A DNA stretch of 64,000 bases from a virus (taxonomy: Duplodnaviria; Caudoviricetes): the IMG/VR virus record IMGVR_UViG_2974751938_000001, positions 106 to 64,105 of that record. One strand, given 5' to 3'. The translations under genes were made by a program, and so were the position numbers. Under the pieces are notes generated by a model, which saw only the letters and a list, made by a program, of their open reading frames with translations, made no database searches and was not told where the DNA came from. Shown in pieces: positions 18,214 through 27,100 of this stretch (its first letter is position 1; each line of letters begins with the position of its first letter).

Positions 18214-18633
18214 ATGGCCGGTTTGATCCCGCAGCGGACGACCAACTTCAATATCCGGGATCACACCTGGCTTGCGTCGGCAGAGGGCCTGGAATACGCC
18301 CAGAGCGCCACGCTGCACGGTGCGAGCCTTCGTGCTGCCGGTAACCACCGGGAGCAGAACTGGGTCAAGGGAGGCACCCCTCTCGGCGAGATCACCGCCG
18401 CAGGCGCCACCCAGGGTCAGTTGGGTCTCTACGACCCCGCCGCCACCGACGGTCGACAGAAGCACGTCGGGTTCCTCGTGGACTCGATTCAGGTCGTCGA
18501 CCCGGTGACCGGAGCGAACAACGAGCCCCTGACCGGTGCCGTGCTCCGTCGCGGTCAGGTCATCGTCAACCGGCTTCCGGTGACGTTCGATGCGACCGAC
18601 GCTGATGCGTCGCCGCACTTCATCTACCGGTAG
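18214..18633 (+). CDS. Head decoration protein
   Basis: GTPLG..T..LGLYD..DGRQ..GFL pattern between scaffold and capsid. Confidence 0.7.
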   Translation: MAGLIPQRTTNFNIRDHTWLASAEGLEYAQSATLHGASLRAAGNHREQNWVKGGTPLGEITAAGATQGQLGLYDPAATDGRQKHVGFLVDSIQVVDPVTGANNEPLTGAVLRRGQVIVNRLPVTFDATDADASPHFIYR

Positions 18634-18671
18634 ATCTCGGACGACGAGACACAAGGACAGGAGAGGCTGTT

Positions 18672-19733
18672 ATGCCCATCAATCGCGATTACGTCGACCC
18701 CGCGGAGTTGACGGATCAGGTGCGAGTCGCGCTCGCGGACCAGGAGATCAACGGTCCGAACTCGCTCGCTCCGTACCTGCCGTCCGAGACCCTGGACGAC
18801 ATCGAGTACGAGGCCGACACCGGCCAGGGTGGTCTGATCGAAGCGGCGATGTACCGCAGCTTCGACGCCGAACTGCCCCTGGCGAACGATGAGGCCCTCG
18901 GGCAGCTTCGTGGTCGCATCCACCCGCTCGGCCAGAAGATCCCTCTCCTGGAAGAGGATCGTCTGCGCCTGCGCGCCGGTGCGGAGGACGGCCTTCGTGC
19001 CTACATCGAGCGCGTCTCCAAGCGCGTCGCTCGCGCCGTCGCTCTTCAGATCAACCTGAAGCGCGCCGAGGCTCTGGCAACCGGCAAGCTCGTCTTCGTC
19101 GGCAACAACCAGAACTTCGAGGTCCCGTTCGGCCGTCGGCCGGACTTCACCACGGCTGCGACCGACCTCTGGACGGACCCGGACGCGGACCCGATCGCCT
19201 ACCTCACCGATCTCAACGAGACCTACCTCGACGAGAACGGCTTCGAGATCGGTCAGTTCCTCGTCTCGACCCGCGTCAAGTCGGCCTTCTACCGGCACCC
19301 CAAGGTGACGAACGCGGCCCTCGGTCGCGACGCCGCCCAGTACGGCACCCAGGCTCCGGCCTCCGCGGTCGACGCGCTGCTCGCGCAGCACGACCTCCCC
19401 GGCTTCAAGGTGCTCGGTGGCCGGATCAAGGTCCGCAACCGCGACGAGTCGACGACCGTCAAGGACCTGCTGCCGCGGGACTCGATCATCGCCGTTCCCG
19501 GCGCTGGCGATCCGGCCGTCGCGGGTTCGAGCGAACTCGGATCGACCTACTGGGGTCGCACCATCGAGGCCGACAAGCCGGAGTGGGGCATCTCGCCCGA
19601 GGAAGGCGCCGGGATCGTGGCCTGCGTCGAGGACAACAGCGGCGTCCCCGCCCGCATGTGGGTCTCGGCCACCGCGATCGCGATGCCGGTTCTGGTCAAC
19701 CCGAACTACTCGCTCTGCTCGAAGGTGATCTGA
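18672..19733 (+). CDS. Major capsid protein (lambda E-like family)
   Basis: 353 aa, strong RBS, YRSFDAE..AMPVLVNP; position. Confidence 0.85.
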   Translation: MPINRDYVDPAELTDQVRVALADQEINGPNSLAPYLPSETLDDIEYEADTGQGGLIEAAMYRSFDAELPLANDEALGQLRGRIHPLGQKIPLLEEDRLRLRAGAEDGLRAYIERVSKRVARAVALQINLKRAEALATGKLVFVGNNQNFEVPFGRRPDFTTAATDLWTDPDADPIAYLTDLNETYLDENGFEIGQFLVSTRVKSAFYRHPKVTNAALGRDAAQYGTQAPASAVDALLAQHDLPGFKVLGGRIKVRNRDESTTVKDLLPRDSIIAVPGAGDPAVAGSSELGSTYWGRTIEADKPEWGISPEEGAGIVACVEDNSGVPARMWVSATAIAMPVLVNPNYSLCSKVI

Positions 19734-19734
19734 C

Positions 19735-20175
19735 ATGGCCCGTAAGCTCACGACCTACGTGTGGCTTCGGGACCCGAAGTCCGACGAGATGAACTCGTTC
19801 GGCCCGGACGACAAACTGCCGGGCTGGGCCGAGAAGCTCTTGGAGGGCAAGGACCACCTGTTCGACGGCAAGGCCCCGGAGTACAACGAGGTCGACCAGG
19901 ATCTTCCACGCGATCGGAAGACCGACGTCGACTACGTTGCCGGTGGCCCTGCCGTCGGCAAGGAGCCAGCGGCCAGCGAACAGGGTCAGACCGAACTCAC
20001 CAACGACGAGGGTGATGACGGCGACGACGAAGACGAGACCGACGAGCAGCCGAAGGGCAACGCCTCGCGCGAGGCCTGGGCTCTGTTCGCCACCGACAAC
20101 GGTGTCCCCGTGACCGACGAGATGGGTCGCGACGACATCAAGGCGGCGGCTCGCGAAGCCGGAGTCATCGAGTAA
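19735..20175 (+). CDS. Hypothetical head-associated protein
   Basis: Acidic linker and C-terminal ASREAW..A..GV....GRDDI repeat-like domain. Confidence 0.6.
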   Translation: MARKLTTYVWLRDPKSDEMNSFGPDDKLPGWAEKLLEGKDHLFDGKAPEYNEVDQDLPRDRKTDVDYVAGGPAVGKEPAASEQGQTELTNDEGDDGDDEDETDEQPKGNASREAWALFATDNGVPVTDEMGRDDIKAAAREAGVIE

Positions 20176-20222
20176 GACCGCGGGAGGCCCGCGCCAGCAA
20201 GAACACCAGGGAGGATCGGAAC

Positions 20223-20681
20223 ATGGCCGCACTTGCCACGTTTGACCACGTGCAACGCGGATTCGAGAAGCCGATCCCCAACACCTTGAAGCCCAAGGTG
20301 GAGGAGTTCTTGGCGCGGGCCTCTCGTCGTCTCCACATGATCGTCGGCGCGCAGCTTCAGACCGCGCTCGACAAGGCGATCATCGAGAGCAACTACGACC
20401 CGGAGCAGCCCGAGGACGACGACAACGTCGTGCCTCACGTGGTCGGCTTCGCCCGCGACATGGTCGTGCAGGCGGCCGAGAACAAGCTCCGCAACTTCGG
20501 CGGGTACACGTCCGAGAGCGCCGGTGTGTTCTCCGTGACCCGCGACGACTACTGGGGACGAGGTCGAGTGACCTTCGAGCCCGAGGACCTCGCACTGCTA
20601 CAGCAGGCGATCGACGACACCTTCGGCGAGACCATCCGCGGGCCTATCCGCTCGCCCATCCCGGCCCATCGGTGGCCGTGA
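20223..20681 (+). CDS. Head-to-tail adaptor
   Basis: ATFDHV start, SESAGVFSVT motif; synteny. Confidence 0.7.
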   Translation: MAALATFDHVQRGFEKPIPNTLKPKVEEFLARASRRLHMIVGAQLQTALDKAIIESNYDPEQPEDDDNVVPHVVGFARDMVVQAAENKLRNFGGYTSESAGVFSVTRDDYWGRGRVTFEPEDLALLQQAIDDTFGETIRGPIRSPIPAHRWP

Positions 20682-21082
20682 TGATCGGACTGAATGCCTG
20701 GGTCGGCGGGATCGACGTCGAGGTATGGCGCGTCGCCAACGGTGAGCAGGACTCGTGGGGAGACAAGAAGCCCGACGAGAAGCTGTTCACCCTTGAAAGC
20801 ATCCCGTGCGTTCCTCGCACGACGACAATGGCGACCAACGACTCGTTCCGCGAGCGCATCGAGAGCGGCTACACGCTCTACCTCTCCTCCGAGGAGATCG
20901 CCAAGCTCCGCGAGGACCACGAGTTCCGCATGACGTTCCCGTCCGGCCAGAAGGCCGCGTTCGCGCTCGACGGCTCGCTGGAAGGCCTCATGTGGGACCT
21001 GAACCCGCTGTCGAGCTTCGACGCTGGCAACGAGGTCAACCTGAAGTTCCTGCGCCGGATTGGAAACCGCAATGGCGTCTGA
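20678..21082 (+). CDS. Head-to-tail stopper
   Basis: DSWG motif; synteny. Confidence 0.6.
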   Translation: MMIGLNAWVGGIDVEVWRVANGEQDSWGDKKPDEKLFTLESIPCVPRTTTMATNDSFRERIESGYTLYLSSEEIAKLREDHEFRMTFPSGQKAAFALDGSLEGLMWDLNPLSSFDAGNEVNLKFLRRIGNRNGV

Positions 21083-21425
21083 AGACCGGATGATCAACGG
21101 GTACAAGCAGAACACCAAGGGGTTCGGCCGACTGCTCCGGCACTCCCAGCCCCTCGACCGAGCACTGCGCTACTCCGCGGTGCAGGTCGCCTGGTACTAC
21201 CGGCGCAAGCTCCCCCGGTCGAATGACGTCGCCGGTATCCACTCGGCCGACCAGGTCAAGGTCTTCAAGCGCGTGCCCGGCGGCCGACGCAAGGACCGCA
21301 TGGAGATGATGGTCGTCGCCTACGACCAGAAGAACCTGAAGAACATGGCAGAGACCCTCCGGGGAGGGCTTCGACACGTGTCGGGTGGTCGCACGATCAG
21401 CCGACGAGGGAGGGTGTCAGGATGA
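21072..21425 (+). CDS. Neck/tail-completion protein (putative)
   Basis: Basic 117 aa; synteny. Confidence 0.5.
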   Translation: MASEDRMINGYKQNTKGFGRLLRHSQPLDRALRYSAVQVAWYYRRKLPRSNDVAGIHSADQVKVFKRVPGGRRKDRMEMMVVAYDQKNLKNMAETLRGGLRHVSGGRTISRRGRVSG

Positions 21426-21937
21426 GTTGGACCCAGCCGAGCCTGGACGATCTGGTCGCGCAAGCGTCCGAGACGATCCCCGGCTTCAACAGTGACTTCC
21501 CCGAGGGTGCTCGGTACCCCGACATCGAGAAGCTCTTCGGGAAGGTCCTCCGACCGCTGGTCGAGAAGGACAGCTTCATCGGCAACTTCGTGATTGCCGA
21601 CTACGACAAAGACTCGATCGACGAAGACACCGGTCAGGTGGTCGAGAGCCCCTTCATCGAGATCCACCGCCGCGGGGGTGAGTACGATCCTGACGACTTT
21701 TCGTACTACCCGAATGTGGAGGTACTGTTCTGGGGTAAGTCGAGGTCGGTGGCGAACGACACCGCGGCCAAGGGAGCAATCCTGCTTCTCGGGTGCGGCG
21801 GCGCCGAAGTCGATGGTGTCCTGATCGACCTTGTCGAGGACGCGACGGGAGACGAGGAAGTGCGTCAGAACAACTTCGACGACCGTTGCGTCACACGGCA
21901 GTTCCGAGCAGGATACCGCCCCATCTACCCCGACTGA
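21422..21937 (+). CDS. Tail terminator
   Basis: P.IEIHRRGG motif; directly upstream of the major tail gene. Confidence 0.7.
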   Translation: MSWTQPSLDDLVAQASETIPGFNSDFPEGARYPDIEKLFGKVLRPLVEKDSFIGNFVIADYDKDSIDEDTGQVVESPFIEIHRRGGEYDPDDFSYYPNVEVLFWGKSRSVANDTAAKGAILLLGCGGAEVDGVLIDLVEDATGDEEVRQNNFDDRCVTRQFRAGYRPIYPD

Positions 21938-21967
21938 GTCGGGCTGAAGAGAGAAGGAGTAAGGCCG

Positions 21968-22651
21968 ATGCCTTCGTTTTCCGCACTGGCAAAGCGTCAG
22001 GGTGAACTGATCCGGAAGCCCCTGGCGGGCATCATCGGCGTCGCCGACGAGGATCTCGAACTGGACGCCGATTTCAAGCTCACCACGCTCGCGGCGGGTG
22101 GAGCGATCGAACTCACCGCGCTCGACGACTGGGACCAGCTTGGCTGGGTCTCGAAGTCGGACGGCGTCGTGTTCTCGGCCGACACCGAGACCAGCGACGT
22201 CGAGTCGTGGGGTGCCCTCGAACCGACTCGGTCGGACATCACCAAGGACGTGACCTCCGCGCAGTTCACGTGCCAGGAGACCAACAAGAAGGTCTTGGAG
22301 ATGTTCTACAACGTGGACCTCTCCACGGTCCTCGGGGACTTCGACACCGGTGAGGTCGACTTCAACCAGTCGATCGAGCCGTCGACCACCTACCGCCGGA
22401 TGCTGTTCCTCTCGAAGGACGGCAGCGGGCCGAAGGAGGTCTTCATCGCGAAGCTCATGCCTCGCTCGAACGTCTCGGCCAAGTCGGACCAGAACTGGAA
22501 CTCCGAGGACGCCCTGACCCACGGCATGACGATCACCGCCAAGGTCGACGACGAACTCGGCTACGCGGTTCGCCACATGTTCGGTGGTGCGGGCTGGAAG
22601 GCCCAGTTGACCAAGATGGGCTTCACGCTGGCGCCCGACCCCACCCCGTAG
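21968..22651 (+). CDS. Major tail protein
   Basis: LGW.SKSDGV.FS.D.ETSDVESWG..EPTRSDI motif. Confidence 0.88.
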   Translation: MPSFSALAKRQGELIRKPLAGIIGVADEDLELDADFKLTTLAAGGAIELTALDDWDQLGWVSKSDGVVFSADTETSDVESWGALEPTRSDITKDVTSAQFTCQETNKKVLEMFYNVDLSTVLGDFDTGEVDFNQSIEPSTTYRRMLFLSKDGSGPKEVFIAKLMPRSNVSAKSDQNWNSEDALTHGMTITAKVDDELGYAVRHMFGGAGWKAQLTKMGFTLAPDPTP

Positions 22652-22658
22652 TGACCCC

Positions 22659-22714
22659 GGCCCGACTCGCCTTTCCTCCCCGGTGGCGAGTCGGGTCGGA
22701 CTCCACCGGGGAGG
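22659..22714 (+). other. Interlocking stems (pseudoknot or switch) after the major tail stop
   Basis: 22659-22671 pairs with 22685-22697; 22675-22686 pairs perfectly with 22703-22714. Confidence 0.6.
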
Positions 22715-22737
22715 CACTTCATCAAGGAGAAGATCTC

Positions 22738-23121
22738 ATGGCATTCGATCCCGTTCACCTGGTTCACCCGAAGACCGGCGTGGTCGTCGAGGCGACCACC
22801 GCGGTCGACCTGACCAACTTCCGCTTCAACGACGGCTACGTGCCCTTCGAGACCGCCACGGCCCTGACCAAGGCCGAGGGTGGCGAGGAGAAGTACCCGA
22901 AGCTCGTCGAGGGCCTGAAGCAGGTTGAGACGATCAACAAGGAGCGCGCCGAGGCCGAGTCGAAGTCCGACGACGCACCGGCCGAGACCGAGACCGCCGA
23001 CACCGCTGGTGCCGACGAGAAGGCCGCCAAGGCTCCGGCCTCCAAGCCCGCGGGCAGCGCCAAGTCCGGTACGGCCAAGAGCGGTACCGACGCGTCGGGC
23101 AATCAGGTCGGCGTCAACTGA
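22738..23121 (+). CDS. Hypothetical tail-region protein
   Basis: AAGGAGA RBS; low-complexity A/K/S tail. Confidence 0.65.
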   Translation: MAFDPVHLVHPKTGVVVEATTAVDLTNFRFNDGYVPFETATALTKAEGGEEKYPKLVEGLKQVETINKERAEAESKSDDAPAETETADTAGADEKAAKAPASKPAGSAKSGTAKSGTDASGNQVGVN

Positions 23122-23220
23122 TACAGTGTGAGCAGCCCGGCATCGGGTTGACGGGAGCATAGCTTCGGGTCAACGGGTGCCGGGCCTCACCACCAACAAC
23201 TACCGGGGAGGTAGCAGAGA

Positions 23221-23535
23221 ATGGCAACCAGCTTCGAGTCGCTCGTCGAACGGGCCAACAAGCGCGCCAAGGGCAAGAACCGTCAGCCGTACGTCCTCAC
23301 GGTCGAAGGCGACGACGACATCGTCATCAAGTACCCCGACTCGATCAAGTCGATGGAGTACGAGCGCGCTCAGACCGTCTGGGACCAGCTTCAGATCCTC
23401 GCCGGACCGGAGTTCCCGCGTCTGCTCGACCTGTTCCGCGGCAAGGACATCGCCGTCGTCCAGATCCTCATCACTGAGATGTGGGACCAGTGGAACGACG
23501 ACTCGGGTCAGGTGCCTGGGGGAAAAGAGGTCTGA
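23221..23535 (+). CDS. Tail assembly chaperone (short form)
   Basis: Position; ends VPGGKEV across the slippery site. Confidence 0.85.
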   Translation: MATSFESLVERANKRAKGKNRQPYVLTVEGDDDIVIKYPDSIKSMEYERAQTVWDQLQILAGPEFPRLLDLFRGKDIAVVQILITEMWDQWNDDSGQVPGGKEV

Positions 23536-24023
23536 TTGACCTCTTCGACCAATACGGTCGAGAGATCAATCTGGACTTCCGAGATCACTGGAACGGCCTC
23601 GACGTCCTCGATTACTTCGACGGCACGAGGTCATGGTTCGAGTTCTACGAGTTCCTCAACGGACTCCCGTCGTACTCCCGCTTCAAGGCCACCCTCGCTC
23701 TCGACCCCGAGTTCGCTCGGATGGTCAAGGAGAGGATGGAGGAAGCCGCCGACGCCGAGGACGATGAAGACGACGAGGACGCGGACTGGAAGCCGCAGAC
23801 GCGGTCGCAGGAGGGGTACACCCCCGAGATCGCCGCGCTGTACTCGCTGATCGAAGCGGTCAACGAGGTTCCCCGGACTCTCATCGCGGTCAACGGCAAG
23901 AAGCCGCCGAAGGCCAACAAGATCCCCCGGCCGGTCAGTGCGCTCGACGTGCTCGAACTCGAAGACGAGCGGGACGAAATGCACGACTTGGCCGCGAGAT
24001 TTGGAATGCGCCAGCCGAGTTGA
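23221..24023 (+). CDS. Tail assembly chaperone, -1 frameshifted long form
   Basis: G_GGA_AAA heptamer at 23520-23526; the -1 frame is open to 24023. Confidence 0.85.
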
Positions 24024-24044
24024 GATAAGATCGAACTGCCTACC

Positions 24045-24088
24045 GAGAGGGCACCAGCGTAAGGAAACCGCTGGTGCCCTTTCGCATA
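24045..24088 (+). terminator. Hairpin / partial terminator before the tape measure gene
   Basis: 15-bp stem GAGAGGGCACCAGCG / CGCTGGTGCCCTTTC. Confidence 0.55.
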
Positions 24089-24109
24089 TTCGGAGAGGGG
24101 TGAGACTGC

Positions 24110-27100
24110 ATGGCGAAGACCTTCCTGGTCGGTGAAGGCGCCGTTCGTCTCGTCCCCAACGCCGCGGGGTTCCACCAGCGGGCACGCAAGGATCTCGCAG
24201 GCACCAAGCTCAACGTCGGCGTCGATCTCCGGCCGGACGCGAAGGGGTTCCGCCAGGAGGCCCGCTCCCGTCTTCAGCCGATCAAGCTCACCCATGACGT
24301 GAAGCTCCGGGCTGACGCGACCGGGTTCTCCCGTGACGCGAAGGCCAAGCTCGACGCGCGTAAGCAGTTGGTGGTCAAGGCCAAGATCGAGGCCACCGTC
24401 GACCGCGGGTCGATCGCCACCGCTCACAAGGAGATGCAGGCCCAACTCTCCGCGATGGGTCCGCTGAAGGTCGAGATCGGAGCGTCGGTCGACAACGCAA
24501 GTCTCCGGCGGGCACTGGACTTCCTGCGCGCGAAGGTCGAAGCCGCGCGGATCACCGCGAACATCAACAGCCGCAACGGCGCGAACCGTGGAGGGTACGG
24601 CGCTGGCGGCGGTGGTCGGGGTGGATCTGGCGGTGGTCGAGGCCGACCGGCGCGCACCGCGGCGATCACGACCGGCGTCGTCATGGCTCCGATCGTCACC
24701 AAGGCCGCAGTCGGTGGTCTCACCGCGCTCGTCGGAGCCGCTTCGCAGGCTGCCGGAGCCCTCGGCCTCCTCCCGGCGGCGGCCACCGCTGCCGGGGCTG
24801 GACTCGCCGCGATCGCCATTGGCGCCGCGGGCATTGGCGGCGCGTTCTCTGCGCTCGGAAAGGAGTCCGCGTCGGCCGGGAACGCCGTCGAGCAGAGCGC
24901 CAGCCAGCAGGCCAGCGCGCAGCGGCAGATCGAGCAGGCCGACCGCGGGCTCGCCACCGCCCACCGCGGGGTCACCCGAGCGCTCGAAGACCTCAACGCT
25001 GCGCGGAAGGACGCCGTTCGTCGCCTCCGCGACATGAACGACGAACTCAAAATGGCACCGCTCAACGAGCGCGAGGCCGCTCTGGCGATCAAGGAAGCCA
25101 CCAAGCGGCTTCAGGAGGCCTACGCCTCCGGCGACTCGTTGGAGATCGAGGGTGCCCAGATCGACTTGGAGAAGTCGAAGCTCCAATACGATCAACTGAA
25201 GAAGCAGAACTCCGACCTCGCGGCCGACGTCGCCGAGGCGAACAAGAAGGGTGTGGAGGGAGACTCCCAGGTCATCCAGGCCAAGGACGGCGTGACCGAC
25301 GCCGTCAACGGACTGAAGGACGCCCAGGACGCGCTCGCGAGCGCGATGGAGTCGGCCGCCGAGTCGACGAAGAGCATGGCCGGTGGGGTCGATCAGCTTG
25401 CGCAGGCAATGGCGAAGCTGTCCCCCAACGCACAGGACTTCGTGCGCAAGGTCCACGCGCTCGGCCCGGCCTGGACCGAGACCCGCAAGTTCATCCAGGA
25501 CCGGCTGTTCGAGGGGATGGGTGACGCCGTCACCAACCTCGCGACCCGTCAGCTTCCCGTCCTGAAGATTGGCCTGGCCGGGATCGCCGGAGAACTCAAC
25601 GGCGGGGTCCGCGAGGCCCTCGGCGTCTTCTCGACCGCGTCGGCCGCCAAGGACTTCGCGACCACGCTCGAAAATATCCGGCAGATGTGGTCCGGCATCG
25701 CCGACAGCTTCGCCCCCTTCTCCCAGGGGTTCATCGACGTCACCACCGTCGGCTCGGAGTTCATGCCGCGACTCGGGACCGCCGTGCGCGACATGGCCTT
25801 CTCGTTCCGCGACAGCATGGCCGAGTGGCGCGCCGACGGCACGATGCAGAACTTCTTCGAGACCTCGCTGACAATGGCGAAGCAGCTTGGTCGCATCCTC
25901 GGCAACGTCGGAGCGATCCTCTACCAGGTCTTCTCCGCTGGCGCCGAAGTCGGTGGCGGGTTCCTCAACACCATCGAGACCGCGACCGCCGAACTGCGCG
26001 AGTTCCTCGGCTCGGCCGAGGGCCAGGAGGGACTGAAGACCTTCTTCGAGGGGGTCAAGGTCGCCGTCCAGACCCTCGCCCCGATCATCCAGATCGTCGC
26101 GTCGACCCTGCTCACTACCCTCGGACCGGCCCTGACCGACCTCGTGATCGGACTTGGCCCCGGCCTCGTCGCCATGTTCGAGGGGCTGTCCCAGGGTCTC
26201 GGCGCGATCCAGCCCGTCATGTCTGTCGTCGGTGAAGCCCTCGGCGGGCTCGGCCGTGAACTCGGCGAGGTCTTCAAGGTCCTCGGACCCGTCATCGCCG
26301 AGACCCTCGCCGCGCTCGCACCGGCGGTCACCCCGCTCGCGCAACTGCTCGGCAGCATCATCAAGGGCCTGGCCCCCATCCTGCCGCTGATCGGCACCGT
26401 CGTCGGTGCCCTGGTCGGCGCGCTCGCCCCTGCCTTCCAGAAGATCACCGACGCGCTCGGCCCCGTGATCCAGTCGCTCGTCGATGCCCTGATGCCGGTG
26501 ATCCCTCCGCTCGCAGAGGCCTTCGGTCAGGTCGCCTCGGTGCTCGGTGGCGCGCTCGCCGAGATCATCACCGCGCTCGCCCCGGTGATCGGCGAGATCG
26601 CACTCGGGTTCGCCGACCTGGTCATGGCCCTGCTGCCGATCCTGCCGGTGCTCGCCGATCTGGTCACCGACCTCCTGCCCGGCATCATGACCGTGCTCAA
26701 CGCGATCCTCCCGATCATCCCCACGATCGTGCAGGCCCTCGTGTCGGTGGTGAACTTCATCGTCCCGATCCTGATCCCGGTGCTCAACGTGCTCAGCACC
26801 GTCGTGTCGACCGTCTTCACCTGGATCGCCAACATCATCGGATGGGCTATCCGCAACGTCGTCGTGCCCGTCCTGACCTTCGTGATCAAGGCCGTCACCA
26901 ACGTCGGAGACATCTTCACCTGGCTCTGGAACAACGCGATCAAGCCCGCGTGGGACGGCCTGTCGACGGCGATCAAGTGGGCCTGGGAGAACGTGATCTC
27001 CCCCGTCTTCGAGTCCCTGAAGACGGGCATCTCCAAGGTCGGCGACTTCTTCTCCAACGTGGTCGACGGGATCAAGAAGACCTGGGAGACCCTGAAGAAC

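Noticed and set aside
23518-23526. Tail chaperone -1 frameshift as a novelty
   Set aside because: Real but canonical for long-tailed phages; listed as a feature only.
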